Assembly (NCBI GenBank): GCA_038750375.1
Contig: JBCDHF010000002.1
Span: forward strand, 1-35,923
Length of the DNA: 35,923 bases
DNA from: Cyanobacteria bacterium P01_H01_bin.15
GTDB taxonomy: Bacteria; Cyanobacteriota; Cyanobacteriia; Cyanobacteriales; JAAUTE01
Direction of reading: 5' to 3'
Below are positions 1-8,601 of the stretch, in pieces; position 1 is the stretch's first letter; every line of letters begins with the position of its first letter. A model generated the notes under the pieces. That model searched no databases, was not told the origin of the DNA, and was given only the letters and a program-made list of their open reading frames with translations. The position numbers and the translations under genes are program-made.

Positions 1-1
1 A

Positions 2-1330
2 GGATTAGATATTTCTGGGGATTTGCGACAGCGGCAGAATCATGTTTTGAAACAGTCTTATGAAAACTTAGAGCCAGAACAACAACTTTTATTAAGTTGG
101 ATTGCTTGCTTCCGAAGTCCGGTTGATGTGGATACGTTGTTAAGCATTGCGGAAGATGAGCTGAAAGCAGAGGCAGATTTAAGCGAATTAATTGAGCGGG
201 GATTGCTGAGTCAATATAATCAAACTGGACGTTTTGACTTACATCCAATTGTGCGACGATATGCCTATGATCAATTGGGAGTAAAAGACAGAACCGAAGC
301 CCATCAGAAGCTTGCCGACTATTTTGAAGCGGTGCCGGAGCCAACAAAAATTACTTGCTTGGCAGATTTGACCCCTGCGATCGAGCTTTATCATCATTTG
401 GTTCAGACAGAACAATTAGGACAAGCATATTATTTGTTTTCCGCTCGTATAAACGAGCCGACTTTCTATCAATTCGGAGCCTATCAGTTGCGGATTGATC
501 TGTTAAAGTCCTTATTTCAAGATGGAGAAGAAAAGCCACCGCGACTTTCTAAAGGGCTTTTTCAGGGTTCAGCCACAAATGAACTAGCAAACTCTTACTT
601 TCATTCTGGTGAAGTCTTGAAGGCATTACAACTTAGGAAACTTAGTATTAAAGTCTTTGAATCAGAAAGTCGAAAAAATTACGTTGCCATTTCGCTGGGC
701 AACTTAGCAAGCAACCAAGTGTCTGCGGGAATATTGCGAGAAGCAGAGCGTAATCTAAATCGAACAATAGAGCTTTTTCAGAAAGTTGAGAACCCGTTCA
801 ACAAGGCAATTTCACATCGGCGTTTAGGACTTTTGCAAATCTATCTTGCTAATTGGAAAACTGCGAGTACAGAATTTCTCATAGCCAAAGATTATTTTGA
901 GTCGATCGACGATTGTCAGAATTTATCAGTAACTTACTCAGAACTAACTCAACAGTCCTTACTGTACCGACAAGGTATAAAACTTTTTTCAAAATCAACT
1001 GAACAGTTGGCAAGGGAAGCACTAGGGTCAGCCAAGCGTACCCTTGAGCTCGCAGAAGAAACTAGCAGAACTCGATTCGCATATGAACGAGATTATGTAA
1101 GAGCATACTGGCTACTGGGTGCTGCTAATCTCATTAACGAACAATATCTCAACATTGCTCTCATTCATTGTCGTTCAATCAACTTAGTTAAATCTGAGCC
1201 TGATATTCTCCTCGAATTTGCTCGCCTCTACGCCGCCACAAATCGCCCCACTGAAGCCCAAATCTCGGCAGAGGAGACCCTCGAAATCACCGAGCGTTGT
1301 GGTTATGTTTTGACTGGTAGCAGATGTTAA
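2..1330 (+). CDS. STAND-type (NB-ARC/AAA-like) NTPase, C-terminal winged-helix-like region plus TPR-like repeats; 5'-partial
   Basis: The frame is open from nt 2, with no stop before the TTG at 23 used by the ORF track, so the gene begins off-window. The translation shows an APAF/NB-ARC-like winged-helix segment (LLLSWIACFRSPV...GRFDLHPIVRRYAY). About 300 aa of degenerate TPR-like helical repeats follow. Family assigned from motif memory only. Confidence 0.6.
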   Translation, partial: GLDISGDLRQRQNHVLKQSYENLEPEQQLLLSWIACFRSPVDVDTLLSIAEDELKAEADLSELIERGLLSQYNQTGRFDLHPIVRRYAYDQLGVKDRTEAHQKLADYFEAVPEPTKITCLADLTPAIELYHHLVQTEQLGQAYYLFSARINEPTFYQFGAYQLRIDLLKSLFQDGEEKPPRLSKGLFQGSATNELANSYFHSGEVLKALQLRKLSIKVFESESRKNYVAISLGNLASNQVSAGILREAERNLNRTIELFQKVENPFNKAISHRRLGLLQIYLANWKTASTEFLIAKDYFESIDDCQNLSVTYSELTQQSLLYRQGIKLFSKSTEQLAREALGSAKRTLELAEETSRTRFAYERDYVRAYWLLGAANLINEQYLNIALIHCRSINLVKSEPDILLEFARLYAATNRPTEAQISAEETLEITERCGYVLTGSRC

Positions 1331-1484
1331 CCTCTTCCTCGCAGAGCAAGCCCAAGCCAACAGTAACAGCGCCAAAGCTCGCGAGTATGCAGAGAAAGCG
1401 AAGAAACTTGCCTACTGCGACGGCCTGCCGTACTCCTACAAAGTTGCGTACATGGAAGCAGAAGCGATTTTGAACAATCTTTAG
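1314..1484 (+). pseudogene. Out-of-frame (+1) continuation of the STAND/TPR gene C-terminus (56 codons)
   Basis: The main frame stops at TAA 1328-1330. The +1 frame is open from 1314 to TAG 1482-1484. It encodes LVADVNLFLAEQAQANSNSAKAREYAEKAKKLAYCDGLPYSYKVAYMEAEAILNNL, which reads as a natural helical-repeat continuation of ...ETLEITERCGYVL. This implies a frameshift between about 1314 and 1328, either a real lesion or a sequencing error. Confidence 0.5.
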
Positions 1485-1521
1485 CCCACTTCCTCAAAAC
1501 CATCTAAAAAGAACCAACTGT

Positions 1522-2103
1522 TTATGAACTGCTGGGACGAATCCGTTGACGACGAATTAAGAAGACAATAACGATTCCGGTCGCGATCGCGAAGGCAACA
1601 GTCAGCAACGGAAACAACAGCGCCAGCCAACTAAAGCTCATCGCCGCAAACAGCTCACCCAAGGCAATCAAGATATTTCCTAAACCGCCAGTCGTCGCCG
1701 TCGAAAACAATCGCCCCAACCCACTGACGCTTTTAATTGCTGCCGCCGAGCCACCACCCGCCACAATCGCCAAGCTCCATCGCCAAAACGGTTCCAAACT
1801 ATCCGCCGCTGAACCCATCAAAATCGTGCCTGCGATCGCAGCGGCCGGAAGCGCCAATAAATCCGTGGCATTGTCCAGCCAAGGAATGCTGTAGCTCAGC
1901 AGCTCAATCACCAGAGCCAAACTTAAGGCAATAAATACCGGGTATGTATCAAGCCAGAGTAAATCCGAATCTAGAGGCAAATGCACAAAGAGTGCCCCGC
2001 CACTCAGCACCCAAAACGGTACAAACACCCGAAAGCCAGCGGCAATACTCAACCCCATGGCAATGAGAACAGGCTCTAGCCAGGACACATCAAAACTGCT
2101 CAC
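1522..2103 (-). CDS. Integral membrane protein, DUF4126-like
   Basis: 193-aa ORF with a GTG start. It is hydrophobic throughout, with about 5-6 predicted helices. The AAGFRVFVPFWVL motif near the N-terminus is as I remember it for DUF4126. A GAGG lies 11 nt upstream of the GTG. Confidence 0.65.
   Translation of the reverse strand: MSSFDVSWLEPVLIAMGLSIAAGFRVFVPFWVLSGGALFVHLPLDSDLLWLDTYPVFIALSLALVIELLSYSIPWLDNATDLLALPAAAIAGTILMGSAADSLEPFWRWSLAIVAGGGSAAAIKSVSGLGRLFSTATTGGLGNILIALGELFAAMSFSWLALLFPLLTVAFAIATGIVIVFLIRRQRIRPSSS
1583..1590. repeat. HIP1 octamer GCGATCGC (representative copy; all 29 hand-counted positions are listed in findings)
   Basis: Exact GCGATCGC read in the sequence. Confidence 0.95.
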
Positions 2104-2207
2104 GCTGAATTACGCCTCAATTGCCGATTAATACCCGGTATTCTATAGCGCCTTCACCAGATCACATCAGCCTTAATCACAGGGACGATATTCTTTTCCG
2201 ATTTAGC

Positions 2208-3026
2208 CTACGGCTCCAAACGGCAATGGCCTTCGCCCACATGACCTAAATTTGCGATCGCATCAGCCAACTTGGCATAAACGTCCGGCGGCAATTGTTC
2301 AGCAAGCTGACCCTGGTCAATCGTTAACCCTTCCTCAGTGGCAAGTTCAGCCAACGCAGCAAAACCAATGGCAGCTTCGTTAAGCTCATCAGTAGCGTCT
2401 AGCTCAGCATCACCAAAAATATGATCGAAATGGAAGGTAGCTTCTACTGTTGCTGGCGTATCAGCAGACTCTAAGTAACCCTTGCGCTCATCCCCCACAT
2501 ACGCGCCACAGGAATAGCTCAGGGTATCCGATAGATTCAGCTGAAAAGGAATTACCACATCGTCTTTACTGGCAATACCGACGAGCTGCACAGAGATTCC
2601 CCCCATCTCACCGTCGTTAGCAGGTTCCACGCTCCAAGTCAGCGCGTTGTAGGTTCCAAGCGGAGCCGTCACTTCCTGCACTTGGATGGGAGGCGCTGAC
2701 TCGTCACCGCTGGCTAAATCTACGATTTGGGGGGCTTCCACTAGCTCGATAGTGGTCTGGCTTTGGAGTTCATCCTCCCCTTCTGGCGCAAACGGCGGAT
2801 CGCTTTGATGCGCTTTTGCGATCGCAAAATTCACAAACACATGCTCGAACTGCATGTCCCAGCCGTCTTTCGTGACAAATCCTTGTCGCACAAAATCTTC
2901 GCCGTTGGCTTCGAGAATTAACGTTCCGCTTTCTGCTGAACTGGACTCCTGATCGCTCGTCCCACCACAGCTAACAACGCCGGCGAGGAGAAAGAGACTC
3001 AATCCAACCTGGGCAATTTTTTTCAT
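2208..3026 (-). CDS. Acidic secreted lipoprotein of unknown function
   Basis: 272-aa ORF with an ATG start. The signal peptide MKKIAQVGLSLFLLAGVVSC carries the lipobox VVSC. The mature part is very Asp/Glu-rich and ends in a His/Cys motif (LGHVGEGHCRLEP). I recognise no family. Confidence 0.75.
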   Translation of the reverse strand: MKKIAQVGLSLFLLAGVVSCGGTSDQESSSAESGTLILEANGEDFVRQGFVTKDGWDMQFEHVFVNFAIAKAHQSDPPFAPEGEDELQSQTTIELVEAPQIVDLASGDESAPPIQVQEVTAPLGTYNALTWSVEPANDGEMGGISVQLVGIASKDDVVIPFQLNLSDTLSYSCGAYVGDERKGYLESADTPATVEATFHFDHIFGDAELDATDELNEAAIGFAALAELATEEGLTIDQGQLAEQLPPDVYAKLADAIANLGHVGEGHCRLEP

Positions 3027-3309
3027 GAATATCTACGTCAATGGAGCAGTAAACCGATACATCCTGACGCCGAGGTCAGGGTTTCGACAATGCCCTATCT
3101 GGGGATACGGCGACCGCTGATTGCCTTCGAATCACCGGCAACAGAGAGTTTTGTAACGGAGATCTTAGGCTCTGTCTGCTCAGAATTTCCGAGTTACATC
3201 GCTTGATGGTTCGGTGATCGTCACCTTTTTGTCAATTGCTCATACTCAGAATCGTCAGCCGCTGCGTAACAATATTGTGAAGAACTGCGAAACAAGATAA
3301 ATAAAAATT

Positions 3310-5181
3310 ATGAGTGCAGCGCAATCTAGCCTAATTCCTCGGACTATTCTCTTTGGTAATCCTCAGCGCAGCAGTCCCAAGCTTTCTGCGGATGGTAAGT
3401 ATCTAGCCTATTTAGCACCGGACGATAACGATGTTCTTCAGGTTTGGTTACGGGTACCCGACGGACGCGATCGCAAACTGACAAACGACCCCAAACGTGG
3501 AATTCGCTCCTATTTTTGGACCTATCAGCCCGAGCAACTGGTGTATGCCCAGGATGCAGACGGAGACGAAAATTTCCATCTCTACGCCGTCAATCTCGCC
3601 ACAGACGAAGTTAAAGACATTACGCCTTTTGAAGGGGTGCGGGCGCAAGTTATCGATCTCGACCCTGATTTCCCGGATCAGATGCTGGTGGGTTTGAACA
3701 AAAACAATCCACAGATTTTTGATGCCTATCGCCTCAACTTGATCACAGGAGATTTAACCCTGGCCGCTAGCAATCCCGGTAATTTTGTAAGTTGGACTGC
3801 CGACGCCAATTTTGAAATTCGGGTCGCTAGCGCGGCGACTGAAGATGGGGGTTCGGAACTCAAGTATCGCTCGACACCCGATGCTGAGTGGGAAAACCTG
3901 CGCACATGGGGACCCGACGATAGCGGCGGCGCGGTTTTCTTTAGTGCTGACAATAGGACGCTCTACATGGAAGGCACGCACGATGCGAATGCTCAGCGCC
4001 TAATCGCTCTCGATCTTGAAACCCGTGCCGAAACCATCATTGCGGAAGACCCTCAATATGATGTGGGTCGCATTATGACGCCGCCTAGAGAACGCCGGAT
4101 TCAAGCGGTTTCTTTCTACAAGGCCAAGCAAGAATGGGTGATCTTGGATGACGCGCTACGTGCTGACTTCGAGGCGCTAGCGGCGGTTCGTCCGGGGGAT
4201 TTTTCGATTATTAGCCGTGACTTAGCCGATGAAACTTGGCTCGTTGCCTATCTCACCGATAACGGTCCTGTCTACTACTACCAGTACAATCGCGCCGACA
4301 AATCCGCCACGCTACTCTTTAGCAATCGTCCAGAACTAGAAGACTTGCCGTTGGTGGAAATGGAACCGGTGAGTTTCACCGCTCGCGATGGTTTGACAAT
4401 TCACGGTTATCTAAGCTGCCCGGAAGGCGGAGGTAAACCTTATCCTACGGTGCTGTTAGTCCATGGCGGACCCTGGGCAAGGGATAGCTGGGGCTACAGT
4501 CCAGTAGTTCAGTGGTTAGCAAATCGGGGTTATGCCGTTTTGCAAGTGAACTATCGTGGTTCAACCGGTTACGGAAAAGCGTTCTTGAATGCCGGTAATC
4601 GTGAATGGGCAGCCAAGATGCATGATGATCTCATTGATGCAGTTGATTGGATTGTTGGCAAAGGAATTGCTGACCCTGCGAAAGTTGCGATCATGGGCGG
4701 CTCCTATGGTGGCTATGCAACCTTGGTAGGTCTAACATTCACACCTGACACCTTTGCTTGTGGTGTAGATATTGTTGGACCCAGCAACTTGGTGACGTTA
4801 ATGAACAGCATTCCGCCTTACTGGAAACCGTTGATGGCACAGTTCCAACACCGCGTCGGCAACATCGAGACAGAAGAAGAATTTCTCAAGTCGCGATCAC
4901 CGTTATTTTTCGTTGATAAAATCAACAAGCCATTACTCATTGGTCAAGGCAAAAACGACCCTCGAGTCAAAGAGGCGGAAAGTGAGCAAATTGTGGAAGC
5001 GATGCGCCATGCAGAAAAGCCTGTCACCTACGCACTCTATACCGATGAAGGTCACGGTTTTGCCCGTCCGGAAAATCGCCTGCATTTCTATGCGATCGCA
5101 GAGGAATTTCTCGGCAAATATCTCGGTAGACCGGCTGAGCCTGTCGCTAACGTAACCGGTCATTCCGGCGAATTACGGTAG
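3310..5181 (+). CDS. S9 family serine peptidase (prolyl oligopeptidase / acylaminoacyl-peptidase-like)
   Basis: 623 aa. The N-terminal half looks like a beta-propeller and the C-terminal half is an alpha/beta hydrolase. The nucleophile motif is GGSYGGY, with a candidate Asp in GKNDPRV and a candidate His in DEGHGF. Confidence 0.9.
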   Translation: MSAAQSSLIPRTILFGNPQRSSPKLSADGKYLAYLAPDDNDVLQVWLRVPDGRDRKLTNDPKRGIRSYFWTYQPEQLVYAQDADGDENFHLYAVNLATDEVKDITPFEGVRAQVIDLDPDFPDQMLVGLNKNNPQIFDAYRLNLITGDLTLAASNPGNFVSWTADANFEIRVASAATEDGGSELKYRSTPDAEWENLRTWGPDDSGGAVFFSADNRTLYMEGTHDANAQRLIALDLETRAETIIAEDPQYDVGRIMTPPRERRIQAVSFYKAKQEWVILDDALRADFEALAAVRPGDFSIISRDLADETWLVAYLTDNGPVYYYQYNRADKSATLLFSNRPELEDLPLVEMEPVSFTARDGLTIHGYLSCPEGGGKPYPTVLLVHGGPWARDSWGYSPVVQWLANRGYAVLQVNYRGSTGYGKAFLNAGNREWAAKMHDDLIDAVDWIVGKGIADPAKVAIMGGSYGGYATLVGLTFTPDTFACGVDIVGPSNLVTLMNSIPPYWKPLMAQFQHRVGNIETEEEFLKSRSPLFFVDKINKPLLIGQGKNDPRVKEAESEQIVEAMRHAEKPVTYALYTDEGHGFARPENRLHFYAIAEEFLGKYLGRPAEPVANVTGHSGELR

Positions 5182-5747
5182 ATCGTTACGATCGCAAATA
5201 GTCGCGGATTAAACATCGGCGCTGCTCAAATTGCGGAGAACATAGTTGCGACGAGGGGAAACAAGTCCTAGAGATAGTTCTGGGACTTACCCTGCCAACT
5301 TAATTCTCTAATTGAGCAGCGCAAAATTTCGTCGGAGAGTTCGGCGGAGAGGCTTTGCGATCACAAAATATTTTCTTGCCTTATCGCAACAGCCACTTTT
5401 GCGACCTGGGGAGGTGCGCTTTAGAAAGCATCTGAATTGAATAACTCAAAACCAGAAGTTTCCTACTCGATCTTGCTAAGGACATGTATCTATCAATAGA
5501 TATGGACCTCACGATTGCTCCCCAAGAACCCATTTCAGTTTGCCTTCCAGATATCTAATGTCTCATATAGAGTTTTGTAATATTTTCATCCGAAAACACC
5601 TCCCACGCCGAACGACTATCCACTGACACCCGCCCCAGTAGCCATTTATACTCAATCCGTTTTTGTCAAGATCTGATACAGTTGAGTTAACAAATCTAAA
5701 TAGATAGTTACGTATACAGCTATTTTTATGTAACGAAGGCACCAAAT

Positions 5748-6437
5748 ATGATGCTTATTAAGGCTCCTGTGATCGCGCAGGATACTGATGCTCTTAAAGA
5801 AGCCTGGAAAACCGTAACTTGGGATAGTTGCCCCAAAACTTATAACTTTCATATGCACACCGTCTTTTCTGACGGTCAAATGCAACCGGAAACTTTACTC
5901 GAACAAGCCATCGCCATTGGACTCAAAGGTCTGGCAATTACCGATCACCATAGTGTTCAAGGCAACCTAGTGGCTCAAGCTTGGCTCGACAATGCCCGCC
6001 GCGAACAGCCTGACGTTGCTTGGCCCTACCTCTGGATGGGCATCGAAATCACCACCAATCTAGACGGAACGGACGTTCATACCCTTGGTTACGGATTTGA
6101 CCCAAACCACCCAGCGATTAAGGGTTATTGTCAAGGGAAAGGTCCATCCGGTGTCGAAGCTGATGCAGAAACTGTTGTTGCCGCAATTCATGCAGCTGGA
6201 GGGTTAGTGGTATTAGCCCATCCCTTCCGCTATCGTCGTCCGCCCAGTGAACTGGTGCCCTTAGCGGTAAAGATTGGTTATGACGGCATTGAAGCATTTT
6301 ACGCTTATGGCAACCCGAAACCTTGGCGAGCCAGTAGTGAGCGAACAGAACAGGCGCTCGAATTTGCAGATATGTTCGATCTTTACACTACTTGCGGCAC
6401 TGATACCCATGGGACGAGTTTGCTGCGGCGAGTTTAA
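5748..6437 (+). CDS. PHP-domain metal-dependent phosphoesterase (TrpH/YciV-like)
   Basis: 229 aa. It carries the N-terminal PHP signature NFHMHTVFSDG...AITDHH and later His-containing motifs (LAHPFRY, GTDTHG). Confidence 0.85.
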   Translation: MMLIKAPVIAQDTDALKEAWKTVTWDSCPKTYNFHMHTVFSDGQMQPETLLEQAIAIGLKGLAITDHHSVQGNLVAQAWLDNARREQPDVAWPYLWMGIEITTNLDGTDVHTLGYGFDPNHPAIKGYCQGKGPSGVEADAETVVAAIHAAGGLVVLAHPFRYRRPPSELVPLAVKIGYDGIEAFYAYGNPKPWRASSERTEQALEFADMFDLYTTCGTDTHGTSLLRRV

Positions 6438-6488
6438 TCAGCGTGGAGACTTTTAAAGTGATTTAGTACCCTCGAAGATTAGAGAAAA

Positions 6489-6517
6489 ACCGCCCCGAAA
6501 GAGCGGTCGTTTTTTTT
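6489..6517 (+). terminator. Candidate intrinsic terminator after the PHP gene
   Basis: A short stem pairs accgc (6489-6493) with gcggt (6503-6507) and is followed by a T-run through 6517. An A-run lies on the 5' side, so it could act bidirectionally. The stem is only about 5 bp. Confidence 0.4.
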
Positions 6518-6878
6518 CCATTTAGCTAACTTGGAGTCAAACAAAACTCTCTAAATTGGAACTTCCAAGCCAACAGCGCACCTTTTGACGAAAAAGCTGA
6601 GTTGCTAATACATCAAGCACACTTTTTTTCGCCTGGGTAAAACCTACAGTTAAAGAGCATTGTTCTATACCAATTGGGGTTATTATTGCGTACTGCCTGC
6701 GGGTGTAGTTCACGCCCTCAATGAAATACATGTTTCTTAACAATGACTTGTGCTCACAGTATTTTAGCCGTTGGGCGAGCCGAGTATTTAAACTGTGCGC
6801 CCGATAACAGCGTGTGTTGATTGATCGGTAAATTCAGGGCAGCGTAAACGTTAGCTCTATTGATAAACAGTCAAGTCG

Positions 6879-8348
6879 TTAAGAACCGACCGCCGCAAGA
6901 TAAACATTTTCGTTGGCTTTAACGGATTTGAAGAAATCTACCACTGGTCGCGGGTAATCGACGCCTAATCTAACGCCCCATTGCTTTTGCTCAGTCTGGG
7001 ACAGCTTCCAGGGCTCATGGATTTTGTCGCCAGCTACATTCGCTAATTCTGGCAACCAATGGCGAAGATAGTCTCCGGCGGGATCGTATTGTCGAGATTG
7101 TTTAGGGATGTTGAAGTACCGAAAACCGCGCGCATCGTTGCCAACGCCAGCCGTGTAATTCCAGTTTCCGTAGTTGCTGCAGACGTCATAGTCAATGAGT
7201 TGGGATTCAAACCACTCTGCCCCTATACGCCAATCAATGCCGAGATTTTTGGTCAGAAAACTAGCCACGTTTTGTCGACCGCGGTTTGACATGAAGCCCG
7301 TCGCTAGTAACTCGCGCATATTAGCGTCAACTAGCGGATAGCCAGTCTTTCCTTGCTGCCAGCAATCAAACCTCTCCCAATCTTCTTTCCAGGGAATGGA
7401 TACGCCCTGTATTCCGACAGGCTTAAATAGGACGTTACCGTGTTTTAAGGCCATGAACCGAAAGAAATCTCGCCACAATAATTCAAATACAAGCCAGTAG
7501 GTGGAGTCATTGCGGACCCGCTGCTCTTCATAGGCTTGCACCTGCTCATAGATGTAGCGCGGAGACAAACAACCTAGAGCTAACCACGGCGAAAATTTGG
7601 ACGAGTAGTTGGCGCCCAACATTCCATTGCGGGTTTCTTTGTATCGTCGCAAAGCACTTGTTTTCCAAAAATAGTCTTTTAGTCGTGCTTGTCCTGCCGT
7701 CTCTCCACCCCGAAAGGGCAAAACGACGCGATCGCAAACTGTCACTTTTTCGAAATTCTCTGGCAGTTCCCCGCGATCTGAAACTTTTATAGGAGGCAGC
7801 TTTGCTGGCATTCCGTAAGCGGGCTCGACGGTGGCGGACTTCTCTAATTTTTTGCGAAAACTAGTGAAGAGTTCTGGAATTTTGCTGATTTCAAAGGGCA
7901 GATTGTTGAGATGATACAGCGTTGCCCCCCAAAACCGATTGATTTCAAGCGGCGGGTATATTGCGTCAGTCTGTTTTGCGAGCGCAGACTCTACGGCCTG
8001 TTCAACCGCAAGTTCTTCCGCGGTTACCTCAGCGTGGTAGTAGAGTGCTGTCGCCTTGAATTCTTCGGCAAGCTTAGGTAAGACGGTTTCCGGGGTTCCG
8101 TGGCGAATGATTAAATCACTGCCTAGTTTCCGCAAAATTTCCCGTAGAGCTTCAACACTTTCCCTTAAAAACTGAGCGCGAATTGGTCCAGTCTTAGGAA
8201 ACCCAAACCGAGTTTCGCTGAACTGTCGCGGGTCAAAGCAGTAAACAGGTATTACACCTCCCCCGGCCTTCGCAGCCTGCCACAGCGGCTCATGATCATG
8301 TACGCGCAGATCGTTGCGAAACCACACCAAGATTTGAGGAGAAATCAT
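6879..8348 (-). CDS. Cryptochrome/photolyase family protein, DASH-type
   Basis: 489 aa. The N-terminus is the photolyase alpha/beta domain (VWFRNDLRVHDHEPL). The C-terminal FAD-binding region contains motifs such as WLVFELLWRDFF, MSNRGRQNVASF and DYDVCSNYGNWNY. The length and motifs fit CRY-DASH proteins such as the Synechocystis one. Confidence 0.9.
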   Translation of the reverse strand: MISPQILVWFRNDLRVHDHEPLWQAAKAGGGVIPVYCFDPRQFSETRFGFPKTGPIRAQFLRESVEALREILRKLGSDLIIRHGTPETVLPKLAEEFKATALYYHAEVTAEELAVEQAVESALAKQTDAIYPPLEINRFWGATLYHLNNLPFEISKIPELFTSFRKKLEKSATVEPAYGMPAKLPPIKVSDRGELPENFEKVTVCDRVVLPFRGGETAGQARLKDYFWKTSALRRYKETRNGMLGANYSSKFSPWLALGCLSPRYIYEQVQAYEEQRVRNDSTYWLVFELLWRDFFRFMALKHGNVLFKPVGIQGVSIPWKEDWERFDCWQQGKTGYPLVDANMRELLATGFMSNRGRQNVASFLTKNLGIDWRIGAEWFESQLIDYDVCSNYGNWNYTAGVGNDARGFRYFNIPKQSRQYDPAGDYLRHWLPELANVAGDKIHEPWKLSQTEQKQWGVRLGVDYPRPVVDFFKSVKANENVYLAAVGS

Positions 8349-8601
8349 AGCTTTCTAAATTAAAAGGGGAGCGTCCATTAAGAAATGTAACGCAATGCTT
8401 ATTTTAGAAATGCCCGTAGATGACGCTTGCGTTATCCAATCAAATCGCTCACTACGTTGGTAGGCCGAAACACAAATATTCAATCGCTATCATGTAGGTA
8501 TAGCTAGAGCCTTCGCTAGATCGCTTAGGAGACCGCTGATTTTAGGTTGTCTAACTCGAAAGGGTTCTGGCCCAGATTAGCCGATTGTGACCATTCGCAT
8601 C

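Noticed and set aside
3112-3140. tRNA-like T-loop string (ccttcgaatcacc), plus other ttcgaa occurrences at about 11065 and 26013.
   Set aside because: There is no acceptor stem, D-arm or anticodon arm around any of them. I conclude no tRNA genes are present.
8376-8405. Pho-box-like 8+3 periodic repeats (cattaaga-aat-gtaacgca-atg-cttatttt) in the cry/phoX divergent region.
   Set aside because: Only the third repeat fits PyTTAAPyPy(T/A) well (7 of 8) and the middle one is poor. The site is about 200 nt from the phoX ATG and only about 30-60 nt from the cry ATG. A position weight matrix scan would be needed, and by eye this is not supportable.
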